Source of the DNA: Nitrospirales bacterium
GTDB lineage: Bacteria; Nitrospirota; Nitrospiria; Nitrospirales; UBA8639
DNA: 64,000 bases
Direction of reading: 5' to 3'
Assembly (NCBI GenBank): GCA_963422365.1
Contig: OY729426.1
Location: 512,001-576,000 of the forward strand
Of this stretch, positions 30,205 through 39,292 are shown one piece after another (within the stretch, counting starts at the first letter, position 1; every line of letters starts with the position of its first letter). The notes under the pieces were generated by a model. That model was not told the origin of the DNA, did not search any database, and saw only the letters and a program-made list of their open reading frames with translations. The position numbers were made by a program, and so were the translations under genes.

Positions 30205-31145
30205 AGAAACTTCTACCAGCCACCCCGACGGTCGTTCTGTCCGGGATATTGATCCTGATCCCCTGGACCGCAGCCCTGGGCGCAGACTCTGCGGACATGA
30301 TCATGATCCCGCAAGGGGAATTTACCATGGGCGGCAAAGACCACCGTGATGAAACCCCTCACCAAGTCGTGCTCGATGCCTACTATATTGATACGTACGA
30401 GGTCTCGAACGCCAAATATCGAGAATTCATGAAGGCTACCCAGCACTCTGCACCAGCCTACTGGGATGACCCGCGCCTCAATAAACCGGCACAGCCCGTG
30501 GTGGGAGTGAGCTGGTATGACGCCAATGCCTATTGTGAATGGGAAGGCAAACGACTGCCCACGGAAGCGGAATGGGAACGCGCGGCCAAGGGTCTCGAGA
30601 ACGCTCATTTTCCCTGGGGGCACAAAATCGAACCCGCCAGAGCGAACTACGGCCAAAATGTAGGAAAAACCATGCCGGTGGACTCCTACCCGAATGGGGT
30701 AAGCAGCTTCGGTGTATACAATATGGCCGGTAACGTCTTTGAATGGGTCAGCGATTGGTATTCACCGACGTATTTCCAGGTCAGTCAGGCGCTCAATCCT
30801 CAAGGGCCTTCTAGCGGCTTTAACTTTGCGAACCAAGGTCCGGTCAAGGTGCTCAAAGGTGGTTCCTGGCTTGCTCCTCAGACCTCCCTGCACACCAGCC
30901 ATCGTTTCTGGAATCAACCGGACAACAATTCCTATGGGGTGGGCCTTGGGTTTCGATGTGCACGGTCGGCTGGGGACAACACCTTGGAACCGATACGATA
31001 CGACTTCATACACGCCCTCATCAGCATGGGCAAAGAACAATGGGAGGATGCCTTGCATGCCATTGACAAGGCCATCAAAAACAATCCGGACAACATGGAA
31101 TACCGGCAAACCCGAGAAATCATCGTAAAACAACTGCAAGGGTAA
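30201..31145 (+). CDS. Exported formylglycine-generating enzyme (FGE/SUMF1) family protein with C-terminal TPR-like helices
   Basis: Signal peptide, IPQGEFTMG, RLPTEAEWERAA, NMAGNVFEWVSDWY, KGGSW, GFRCA; AAAGGAGG RBS. Confidence 0.9.
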   Translation: MKKLLPATPTVVLSGILILIPWTAALGADSADMIMIPQGEFTMGGKDHRDETPHQVVLDAYYIDTYEVSNAKYREFMKATQHSAPAYWDDPRLNKPAQPVVGVSWYDANAYCEWEGKRLPTEAEWERAAKGLENAHFPWGHKIEPARANYGQNVGKTMPVDSYPNGVSSFGVYNMAGNVFEWVSDWYSPTYFQVSQALNPQGPSSGFNFANQGPVKVLKGGSWLAPQTSLHTSHRFWNQPDNNSYGVGLGFRCARSAGDNTLEPIRYDFIHALISMGKEQWEDALHAIDKAIKNNPDNMEYRQTREIIVKQLQG

Positions 31146-31191
31146 GAGGTGCGAGATCTTTGGTGGTCATTGGGAAAACCGGAGGTGAATC

Positions 31192-31563
31192 ATGAAGAAA
31201 ATAAATCTTATCACGATGATCTTCATTGCGTGGAGTCTCACCTGGGGAATCGGGCTGGTATGGGCCAGGACTTCAGGAAAACATTTTCAGCCACGGAACC
31301 CTGTCCAAGCATCCCTCTACCTGGCCGGCAAAAGCGTGGATGAGGCCTGGGAGGCCTTTCATCATTCGGCACTCGGAGGGACCCTGGCCTCCCCTTCCAT
31401 CCAGACGAAGATCGAGCAAGCCTTACATGATTCTCGACTGCTGTTAGTCGAGGCTCGAGTAGCGGCAAACGCCGATGACGACAGTGCGGTCTTGGAACTC
31501 ACGGAACGGATTGGGAGAATCGCTCGCCAAATCAAAAAAGACAGCCAACGGCGAAAACCATGA
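31192..31563 (+). CDS. Exported hypothetical helical protein
   Basis: GGAGG RBS, signal peptide, ATGA-coupled to the next gene. Confidence 0.75.
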   Translation: MKKINLITMIFIAWSLTWGIGLVWARTSGKHFQPRNPVQASLYLAGKSVDEAWEAFHHSALGGTLASPSIQTKIEQALHDSRLLLVEARVAANADDDSAVLELTERIGRIARQIKKDSQRRKP

Positions 31564-32348
31564 AGCTCAGAGTTATCACACTACTGGCACTGCTCCTTTG
31601 GTATCTTCCAGTTGTTGCGGAACCCATGAAAAGGGATCCGGCCCCGATGGTGGCAATTCCTGCCGGAAGTTTTATTCGAGGAAGCAGCCAGAACGGGGGG
31701 CGGACCGATGAACAGCCTCGTCGGAAGATCTATCTCGGTGCCTTTATGATCGACAAATACGAGGTGACCAATGCGCAATACCTCGACTTTCTTTCCGCCA
31801 CGGGGCATCAGGAACCGCTTAACGTGTATGGCGACGGATCGTTGTTCGAGGTGAAGGGCATTGCCCACTTACCCGTGGTCCAGGTCACATGGCATGATGC
31901 TGCGGATTATTGCCAATGGCTCGGCAAACGTTTGCCATCTGAAGCCGAATGGGAAAAAGCCGCTCGAGGCACCGATGGAAGGGTCTACCCATGGGGAAAT
32001 GAGGGACCCTCGTCTCAATACGTGAACTTCAATCGTGATTGGGTCGCTCCGCACGCACTCGTACCGGTCGGCGCGTTACCCGACGGCGCCTCGCCCTACG
32101 GCGTCCATGAGATGGCAGGGAACGTGAGAGAGTGGGTCCAGGACTGGTATAGTAAAGACTACTATCACGTGGCACCGAATCGAAACCCCAAAGGCCCTGA
32201 GACGGGGCTGCTGAAAGTCATTCGCGGCGGCTCCTGGCACAGCTTCGAGTCCGACATTCGGATAGCTGCCCGTGGAAAAGGAGGGTTCGCGTTGAAAACC
32301 CATGGGACCGGCTTCCGTTGTGCCAGAGGCATTCCTGACTCACCGTAA
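31560..32348 (+). CDS. Exported FGE/SUMF1-family protein
   Basis: RLPSEAEWEKAARG, MAGNVREWVQDWY, RGGSW, GFRCA; signal peptide. Confidence 0.9.
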   Translation: MKLRVITLLALLLWYLPVVAEPMKRDPAPMVAIPAGSFIRGSSQNGGRTDEQPRRKIYLGAFMIDKYEVTNAQYLDFLSATGHQEPLNVYGDGSLFEVKGIAHLPVVQVTWHDAADYCQWLGKRLPSEAEWEKAARGTDGRVYPWGNEGPSSQYVNFNRDWVAPHALVPVGALPDGASPYGVHEMAGNVREWVQDWYSKDYYHVAPNRNPKGPETGLLKVIRGGSWHSFESDIRIAARGKGGFALKTHGTGFRCARGIPDSP

Positions 32349-32368
32349 CCCGTGGCACGAGGCCAACG

Positions 32369-33298
32369 ATGAACATTGCTATTGTGGGGGGCACAGGATT
32401 TATCGGCAGGAATATCGAACCCGTGCTCACTGCCGGTGGACACCGGGTGACGATCGTGACTCGAGACCCCGACAAGGCTTCTGGGGTGGTTGGAGCCAAG
32501 ACTCACGTGCGCGGATGGGATCCGTCGAATGCGGAGACGCTGGACCAGACCTTTCACGAGCAGGACGCCCTTATCAACCTGGCGGGCGCTTCTATTGCCG
32601 AAGGCCGATGGACGCAAGTGCGCAAAAACCTGCTTCGGACCAGCCGGATCGAGACCACTCGGATACTGGTGAAGGCGTTGTCGAATCTCCCGGAAGCCAG
32701 TCGACCACACATCTTTATCAGCGCATCAGGCATCGGGTATTATGGACTCGAGACCACCAATGGTGTCGATGAAACGACGGGACCGGGAAATGGGTTTTTG
32801 GCTGACCTATGCGTGGAATGGGAACGCGAAGCCTTCAGGGCAACGGCCTATGGCATTCGGACCGTGTGTCTGAGAATCAGTATGGTGTTAGGGAAAGACG
32901 ACGGCGCCCTGCAAAAAATGCTTCTCCCCTTCAAATTCTTTCTTGGGGGTCCCATCGGCACAGGCACGCAGCCCGTGAGCTGGATCCACGTTGAAGATCT
33001 GGGACGGCTTGTCGTAGCCATGCTTGAACAGCCCTCTTGCAAAGGCGCTATCAATGCGGCTTCTCCCCATCCAGTCACGATGAAAGAATTTTGTCTGCAA
33101 CTGGGGAAGGCCTTGGGGAGACCTGCTTGGCTTCCTGTTCCGGCGTTGGCGCTTAAAATCGGATTAGGAGAAATGGCTACGCTCATGACTCATGGTCAAT
33201 TGGTGAATCCCCGCATGGCTCAACAACTGGGATTTACTTACAAATATCCGAACCTGGAATCGGCTTTTTCTGCGATACTAAGGAGAGGTCATGAATAG
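32369..33298 (+). CDS. TIGR01777-family NAD-dependent epimerase/oxidoreductase
   Basis: GGTGFIG, INLAGASI, SASGIGYYG, FLADLCVEWE, SWIHVED. Confidence 0.92.
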   Translation: MNIAIVGGTGFIGRNIEPVLTAGGHRVTIVTRDPDKASGVVGAKTHVRGWDPSNAETLDQTFHEQDALINLAGASIAEGRWTQVRKNLLRTSRIETTRILVKALSNLPEASRPHIFISASGIGYYGLETTNGVDETTGPGNGFLADLCVEWEREAFRATAYGIRTVCLRISMVLGKDDGALQKMLLPFKFFLGGPIGTGTQPVSWIHVEDLGRLVVAMLEQPSCKGAINAASPHPVTMKEFCLQLGKALGRPAWLPVPALALKIGLGEMATLMTHGQLVNPRMAQQLGFTYKYPNLESAFSAILRRGHE

Positions 33299-33355
33299 CT
33301 CGGACGGTGTTTCATCGGATTGCTCCAGCATGTTCGCATAAAGAAGGAGGGAAGC

Positions 33356-33838
33356 ATGAAACCATTGGCGACTCCATCGGCGAGCCAGTTCCCCATGTGC
33401 GTCGAACGGTGGATTTTCCTTGTCATTTTACTAGGACTCATGTTGTGTATCCCAATCCAGAGCCATGCACAGCAAGGGAATCCTCACGGTGACACGTCAG
33501 ACCCCATGCTCCCTCCGCCAGGAGTCATTGGAGTCGCGCTGCATCTCACTGCCGAACGCATCGGCGATCCCGCCGGCCTGTTTATTCGAGCAACCCATCC
33601 CTTGGGACCGGCCGTCAAAGCAGGACTGACACACGGACAGGAAATTCTGGCCGTGGACGGCCAGTCTATCAAAGGGAAAACGTATCGAGAGGTCGTGTCC
33701 ATGATACGAGGAGAGGTCGGGGCATCGGTCACACTCCTTGTCAAAACCTTTTCCGACGTCAGGGAAGTGAAGATCGTTCGCGTCAATGAGACACGGTTAG
33801 CTGAAGAACAACGAATCGGTACGGACAACTCCCTGTAG
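33356..33838 (+). CDS. Exported PDZ-domain protein
   Basis: GVIGV...GPAVKAGL..G.EILAVDG....IRG..G.SV.L; N-terminal hydrophobic segment. Confidence 0.85.
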   Translation: MKPLATPSASQFPMCVERWIFLVILLGLMLCIPIQSHAQQGNPHGDTSDPMLPPPGVIGVALHLTAERIGDPAGLFIRATHPLGPAVKAGLTHGQEILAVDGQSIKGKTYREVVSMIRGEVGASVTLLVKTFSDVREVKIVRVNETRLAEEQRIGTDNSL

Positions 33839-33863
33839 TTGTCCGTCAACCCCAAGGCTTCTC

Positions 33864-34877
33864 ATGACCGCCCGGGCAACGCCTACGCACTCACCTATGC
33901 TCCCTGAAGAAACACCCCACGCATCAGGTCTTCCTGTACGGTTGGGCATCAGCCGTTGCTTGTTGGGTGAACCCGTTCGGTACGACGGGGGCCATAAACG
34001 GGATCAGTTTCTGGCGGACGTGCTCGGGCAGCACGTGGAGTGGATTCCGGTTTGTCCCGAAGTGGAAGCAGGATTCGGCACACCGAGAGAATCGATGCGT
34101 TTAGTCGATGACGTGGATGAACCGCACTTGATGACGGTTCGTTCTCATCACGATCACACTGAACGGATGCGCCGTTACACCAAAAAACGGTTGCGCGACT
34201 TACAAGCTTTGAACCTGTCCGGATATGTCTTTAAAAAAGATTCCCCCAGTTGCGGAACCCAGCGCGTTCGAGTGTATACCCGCGAAGGCCATCTCCTGCG
34301 AAAAGGGAAGGGAACGTTTGCCGATGCATTCCAACACCTGTTTCCCTTAACGCCTATCGAGGAAGAAGGACGACTGCGGGACCAAGGCCTTCGGGAACAT
34401 TTTATCGAACGCGTGTTTGGCTATCACCGGTGGCAATCCCACCTTCTCCATACACGACTCACCCGCGGGAGGCTGGTTGCCTTTCATACGGCCCACAAAT
34501 ATCTCTTATTGGCCCACAGCCGACGGCATTACCAAGAGCTTGGTCGATTAGTGGCCAATGCCCGACAGTGTTCCGCTCGAACGTTGGCCCAGGCCTACGG
34601 TCAACGGTTTATGGAGGCCTTGGCCGTCAAAGGAACCATTCGCAAACACGTCAACGTGCTCCAACACGTGGCCGGTCATTTCAAGGACGACTTAAGTTCC
34701 AGGGCGCGCGGGGAACTACACGCGGTGATTGCCGATTACCAGAAAGGGTTTAAGCCGCTGAGCGTCCCCATCACCTTGATCAGACACTATGTCCGGGTGT
34801 TGGACATGCCTTACCTGAGGGATCAGGTGTATCTTGCACCCCATCCCAAGGAACTCATGTTGAGAAACCACGTCTGA
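33864..34877 (+). CDS. YbgA-family DUF523+DUF1722 protein (TudS/RudS-like Fe-S thiouridine desulfidase)
   Basis: GISRCLLGEPVRYDGGHK, CPEVE, KKDSPSCG, FHTAHKYLLLAH, YL.PHP.ELMLRNHV. Confidence 0.92.
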   Translation: MTARATPTHSPMLPEETPHASGLPVRLGISRCLLGEPVRYDGGHKRDQFLADVLGQHVEWIPVCPEVEAGFGTPRESMRLVDDVDEPHLMTVRSHHDHTERMRRYTKKRLRDLQALNLSGYVFKKDSPSCGTQRVRVYTREGHLLRKGKGTFADAFQHLFPLTPIEEEGRLRDQGLREHFIERVFGYHRWQSHLLHTRLTRGRLVAFHTAHKYLLLAHSRRHYQELGRLVANARQCSARTLAQAYGQRFMEALAVKGTIRKHVNVLQHVAGHFKDDLSSRARGELHAVIADYQKGFKPLSVPITLIRHYVRVLDMPYLRDQVYLAPHPKELMLRNHV

Positions 34878-34891
34878 TTGTTAGATCATTC

Positions 34892-34917
34892 GGGACGGCA
34901 CGGGGGCCGTCCCCTAC
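34892..34917. repeat. GTAG-type REP hairpin
   Basis: GGGACGGC-ACGGGG-GCCGTCCC followed by CTAC. Confidence 0.6.
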
Positions 34918-34970
34918 AACAACAATGCACCCCCCCCCGTGGTTGTCCGTCAACTGAAAGAGAGGCAAAC

Positions 34971-35501
34971 ATGAGCGATTCAACAAAAGGCGTGGTACTC
35001 GTGGGGCATGGAGGCATTCCGAAAGGCTACCCTGGGGAACTGGTCACGAAGCTCAAACGACTTGAAGCCCAACGACGCGCCGCAGGAGTCCCGATGTCTG
35101 AAGAGGAATATGAACTCGACCAAAAAATCAGGCTGTGGCCTCGAACCCCGGAAACCGACCCCTATCAAGCCGGGCTTGAAGTATTGGCCACCCGCCTCAG
35201 GCCCCTCCTGCGCGGCGCACGGTTTTCCACGGCCTATAACGAATTTTGCACGCCCACGCTCAGCGAAGCCATTCAACAACAGATCGTCGACGGAGCCACA
35301 GACATTACCGTGATCTCCACCATGTTCACACCGGGCGGCTCGCACTCGGAATATGAGATTCCCGAGGAAATGGACGACCTGCGCAAGAAGTATCCCGATG
35401 TGACCTTGACCTACGCCTGGCCCTTCGATCTGGATAAGGTGGCGGAAATGCTCTCAGATCATCTCCATCGATTTCAGGGCCAACCGTTCGGAGAGGATTG
35501 A
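34971..35501 (+). CDS. CbiX/SirB-type chelatase-domain protein
   Basis: VVLVGHGG, AYNEFC.PT, GGSHSE.EIP, TYAWPFD. Confidence 0.8.
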   Translation: MSDSTKGVVLVGHGGIPKGYPGELVTKLKRLEAQRRAAGVPMSEEEYELDQKIRLWPRTPETDPYQAGLEVLATRLRPLLRGARFSTAYNEFCTPTLSEAIQQQIVDGATDITVISTMFTPGGSHSEYEIPEEMDDLRKKYPDVTLTYAWPFDLDKVAEMLSDHLHRFQGQPFGED

Positions 35502-35716
35502 TTGAGGGATTCATGAATGTCCTTTGCGACTGATGTCGTCATTGTGTTGGATTTTTCAATGAACTTGGCCGAAAGACGTCCGTATCCGTCTTGGCCTTGC
35601 GAATGGACTCGGCCAAACTGTCGGTGGTTTTCTTGTTGGATGTCTTGCAGACAGACTGCACAAATTTCGCCGTGTTCTTCGGTTTCGGCTAGTTCTCCAC
35701 GGCGAACACAGATCAT
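35474..35716 (-). CDS. Possible small hypothetical protein coupled to lspA
   Basis: ATG overlaps the lspA stop (ATGA); contains ICAVC; overlaps the convergent gene end. Confidence 0.25.
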   Translation of the reverse strand: MICVRRGELAETEEHGEICAVCLQDIQQENHRQFGRVHSQGQDGYGRLSAKFIEKSNTMTTSVAKDIHESLNQSSPNGWP

Positions 35717-36279
35717 GGCTTGTCCTCCCAACCATCGTCCAACTCTTTCCTCCTCACGGCGACTTCTTCCGTAGGAGAACCCAGAGAAGGATTGTCTCTT
35801 TTATCCATTGCAAACACAATCAGCAGAGACACGACACCCACGCTAATGGCACTATCCGCCACGTTAAATGCCGGCCAGTGATAGCCCCCCATATACAAGT
35901 CGAGAAAGTCCACGACTTCACCATATTGCAACCGGTCCAGAAGATTCCCGATCGCCCCTCCAAAAATACTGGAGACGCTCAGTTGGCCCCACACATCATC
36001 CGGATGCATTCGGTAAAAAATCGTCCCCAACAGCCCAAGGGCAAAGATGGAAGTCCCGACAAAAAAGATGAGCCGGAAGGCACTGTTGGTCGTGGCAAAA
36101 ATGCCAAAGGCCGCGCCGGGATTCCGAATATAGGTCAGGTTGAAAAATCCGGCTATGATGGGAATCGATTCATGCAAGTCCATGGTATGCGTGATGAGGA
36201 CTTTCGTGACTTGATCCAGGACCACAATGACGAGGCTGACGCCAAGCAGGATGCCCCACCGATGAAATCCGTGGTTCAC
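35713..36279 (-). CDS. lspA: Lipoprotein signal peptidase II
   Basis: LDQVTK, NPGAAFG, GAIGNLLDR, VVDFL, WPAFNVADSAI; coupled to ileS. Confidence 0.96.
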   Translation of the reverse strand: MNHGFHRWGILLGVSLVIVVLDQVTKVLITHTMDLHESIPIIAGFFNLTYIRNPGAAFGIFATTNSAFRLIFFVGTSIFALGLLGTIFYRMHPDDVWGQLSVSSIFGGAIGNLLDRLQYGEVVDFLDLYMGGYHWPAFNVADSAISVGVVSLLIVFAMDKRDNPSLGSPTEEVAVRRKELDDGWEDKP

Positions 36280-39161
36280 GTCACGGCCTCGATGCAACGA
36301 TCACAGAGCATCGGATGCCCGGGGGCGCTCCCCACGGAGGCACGATAATTCCAACACCGCTCACACTTTTCCCCTTCCGCCTTCACAACGTTCACGCTTA
36401 TTCCTAACGTATCGTCACTCCCCAGGTGTCTTTCGCCGGACGGTCGTTCGGTGGGACGGACGACAACTTGGGACACGATCAAGAGCGTCGGCAACTCTTT
36501 TTCATAGGCTTGAAGAAACCGGTGCACGGCCGGAACCACGTTTAGCACCACGCGCGCCTCGAGCGAAGACCCGATGACTTTTTCTCGCCGCTGTTGCTCC
36601 AAAGCCGCAAGAACGACGGTACGGATGGCCAGTAATTGTTTCCATTTGGCTTCCAGTTCGGCCTCATCGGGTAACGCCGTGGGCTCCGGAAAGGTCGAGA
36701 GGTGTACCGAGTCAACGGTTGCCAAAGACGTGTCTCTTCCCGGCATGACGTCCCACACGTCTTCCGCTGTAAAGCTCAGGACGGGGGCCATGAGTTGAGC
36801 CAATCCTGTGACGATGTGAAACAGCACCATTTGTGATCCCCGTCGCACGGGTGAGTTTTGCGGAAAGGTGTAGAGCCGGTCTTTCAACATATCCAAATAG
36901 GTCGCGCTCATGTCCACGGAACAAAAGTAGTCCAGTTCATGCATGATCTGCCGAAAATCGAATTCCTCGTATCCTTTCCGAACGTGACGAATGACGTGAT
37001 TGAACCGCAACAGCGCCCAACGATCCAACTCCGGCAATTGATGGATTGCAATCCGATGAGCCGGATTGTGTGGATCGAAGTCATAGATATTGCTGAGGAG
37101 ATACCGGCAGGTATTGCGAATTTTCCGGTAGGCTTCTACCAATTGCTTGAGAATTTGCGATGAAATGCGCAGATCTTCTTGATAATCTTGGGCCGCGACC
37201 CACAAACGAAGAATTTCCGCACCATGCTGGTTGATGACATCCTGCGGAGCCACCACGTTTCCGGCTGACTTGGACATCTTTTTGCCCTGACCATCCACGA
37301 CAAACCCGTGGGTCAAGACGGCCCGATAGGGCGCTCGTCCCTCCGTGGTCACGGATGACAAGAGCGCGCTATGGAACCAACCCCGGTGTTGATCCGATCC
37401 TTCCAGATACAAGCTCGCCGGCCACCAGTCTTCGCCACGTTGTTTCACGACCGCAGCGTGACTCACGCCTGACTCCAACCACACGTCCAGAATATCTTGT
37501 TCCTTGTTAAACTCGGTTGCCCCGCATGCCGCACAGGCTGTCCCGTCGGAGAGTAATTCCTGCGCCGATCGTTCGAACCACGCATCCGCGCCATGTTCGC
37601 TCACCAAGTCGGCAATACGATCAATGATCTGCGAGTCGATCAACGGGGTTTGGCATGTCGCACAGGTAAATCCTGGAATCGGCGTTCCCCAGATTCGTTG
37701 ACGGGACAAACACCAGTCCGGCCGATTCGCAATCATGCCATAGATGCGCTCACGGCCTCGCTCCGGAATCCATTGCACGCGGTCAATTTCTTGGAGCGCC
37801 CGCTCACGTAATCGGCCTTTTTCCATGGAGACAAACCATTGTTGCGTGGCTCGAAAAATCACCGGCTTCTTGCAGCGCCAACAATGGGGATAGGAATGTT
37901 TCAATGATCCATGGCCGAGTAGCACGTCCCGTTGCCGAAGTTGTTCCACAAGCGCCGGATCGGCTTTGAAGACGTGCTGCCCGGCAAACCCGGGAACTTC
38001 ATCGGTCAAGCATCCACGATCATCGACCGGCACCACCACTCGAAGCGGTTCAGGCAGCATTCTTTCGGGTGGGCTGGCCGATGCACGTGCGTTATATTTC
38101 AACGCCAGCAGATAGTCCTCCATGCCATGACCCGGAGCAATATGCACACACCCCGCTCCTTGTTCCAACGTCACAAAATCCGCCAACAAAATCGGCGAAA
38201 GGCCGTCGGCTTGTTCCAAACCTCGAAGGAGGAGCGGGCGCCGGCATAACAACCCTTCGAATCCGTCCTTGCCCTTCTTGGTGCCGAGGAGAGTCACATT
38301 TTTCAACTCACATGCTTTGGTCACCTCGTCGACCAACTGCTCGGCGAGCACCAAGACCTCTTGGCCCACGCGCAGGAAGGCATAGTCAAGATCCGGATGA
38401 AGGGCAACGGCCTGATTGGCTGGAAGCGTCCAGGGCGTCGTCGTCCAAATGACGATGGAGACCATCTCGACTCCTTCAAGGCCGGCAAGGCCAAGCCGTT
38501 CCTTGGGGTTCGCCTTGAACGGAAATTTCACGTAGACGGAGGGAGAGGTATGGTCCATGTATTCGACCTCGGCCTCGGCTAATGCGGTCTGATCCTGCGT
38601 GCACCATAACACCGGTTTCAACCCTTTATAGACCCCGCCGTGCTCCACAAACTTCCCGAACTCTCGAATGATAGTCGCTTCGTAGGCTTTGTCCATCGTG
38701 AGGTAGGGGTGTTCCCAATCACCCAATACGCCTAACCGTTGAAACTCCTCTCGTTGGATGTTGTGAAATGTGTCCGCGTACTCGCGACACAGCCGGCGCA
38801 ATTCCGTGGCGCTCATGTCTTTTTTCTTCTCGCCGAGCTGCTTCGTGACCTGATGTTCAATGGGCAACCCATGGCAATCCCAGCCTGGAACGTACGGCGC
38901 CTGCAGGCCTTCCATGGTGCGAGACTTGATGATGATGTCTTTGAGTATTTTATTGAGCGCGTGGCCAATGTGAATATGACCATTGGCGTACGGCGGGCCG
39001 TCATGAAGGATATACAGCGGCTTGCCGGCTCGGGATGCTTGAATGCGTTGATAGAGCCGCTGCTTCACCCATCGGGCCACAAACTCCAGCTCGCGGTTCG
39101 GCAGGTTCCCTTTCATAGGGAAGGCCGTTTGGGGCAAGTTGAGGGTCGATTTATAATCCAT
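36276..39161 (-). CDS. ileS: Isoleucine--tRNA ligase
   Basis: HDGPPYANG.IHIGH, GWDCHGLPIE, KMSKS, C-terminal CERCW...CDRC. Confidence 0.98.
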   Translation of the reverse strand: MDYKSTLNLPQTAFPMKGNLPNRELEFVARWVKQRLYQRIQASRAGKPLYILHDGPPYANGHIHIGHALNKILKDIIIKSRTMEGLQAPYVPGWDCHGLPIEHQVTKQLGEKKKDMSATELRRLCREYADTFHNIQREEFQRLGVLGDWEHPYLTMDKAYEATIIREFGKFVEHGGVYKGLKPVLWCTQDQTALAEAEVEYMDHTSPSVYVKFPFKANPKERLGLAGLEGVEMVSIVIWTTTPWTLPANQAVALHPDLDYAFLRVGQEVLVLAEQLVDEVTKACELKNVTLLGTKKGKDGFEGLLCRRPLLLRGLEQADGLSPILLADFVTLEQGAGCVHIAPGHGMEDYLLALKYNARASASPPERMLPEPLRVVVPVDDRGCLTDEVPGFAGQHVFKADPALVEQLRQRDVLLGHGSLKHSYPHCWRCKKPVIFRATQQWFVSMEKGRLRERALQEIDRVQWIPERGRERIYGMIANRPDWCLSRQRIWGTPIPGFTCATCQTPLIDSQIIDRIADLVSEHGADAWFERSAQELLSDGTACAACGATEFNKEQDILDVWLESGVSHAAVVKQRGEDWWPASLYLEGSDQHRGWFHSALLSSVTTEGRAPYRAVLTHGFVVDGQGKKMSKSAGNVVAPQDVINQHGAEILRLWVAAQDYQEDLRISSQILKQLVEAYRKIRNTCRYLLSNIYDFDPHNPAHRIAIHQLPELDRWALLRFNHVIRHVRKGYEEFDFRQIMHELDYFCSVDMSATYLDMLKDRLYTFPQNSPVRRGSQMVLFHIVTGLAQLMAPVLSFTAEDVWDVMPGRDTSLATVDSVHLSTFPEPTALPDEAELEAKWKQLLAIRTVVLAALEQQRREKVIGSSLEARVVLNVVPAVHRFLQAYEKELPTLLIVSQVVVRPTERPSGERHLGSDDTLGISVNVVKAEGEKCERCWNYRASVGSAPGHPMLCDRCIEAVT

Positions 39162-39292
39162 CGTTCAAACAGGCAAGCTTCTAAAAGGTAGGGAGCAAGG
39201 GCGACGCCTGCCTCTGCGTGGCAGTTATTCCCCAATTAAAAACAGCTTGTCCCCGACGTGAGTCATCGGGGATCTGGGACATGCTCTGCTCG

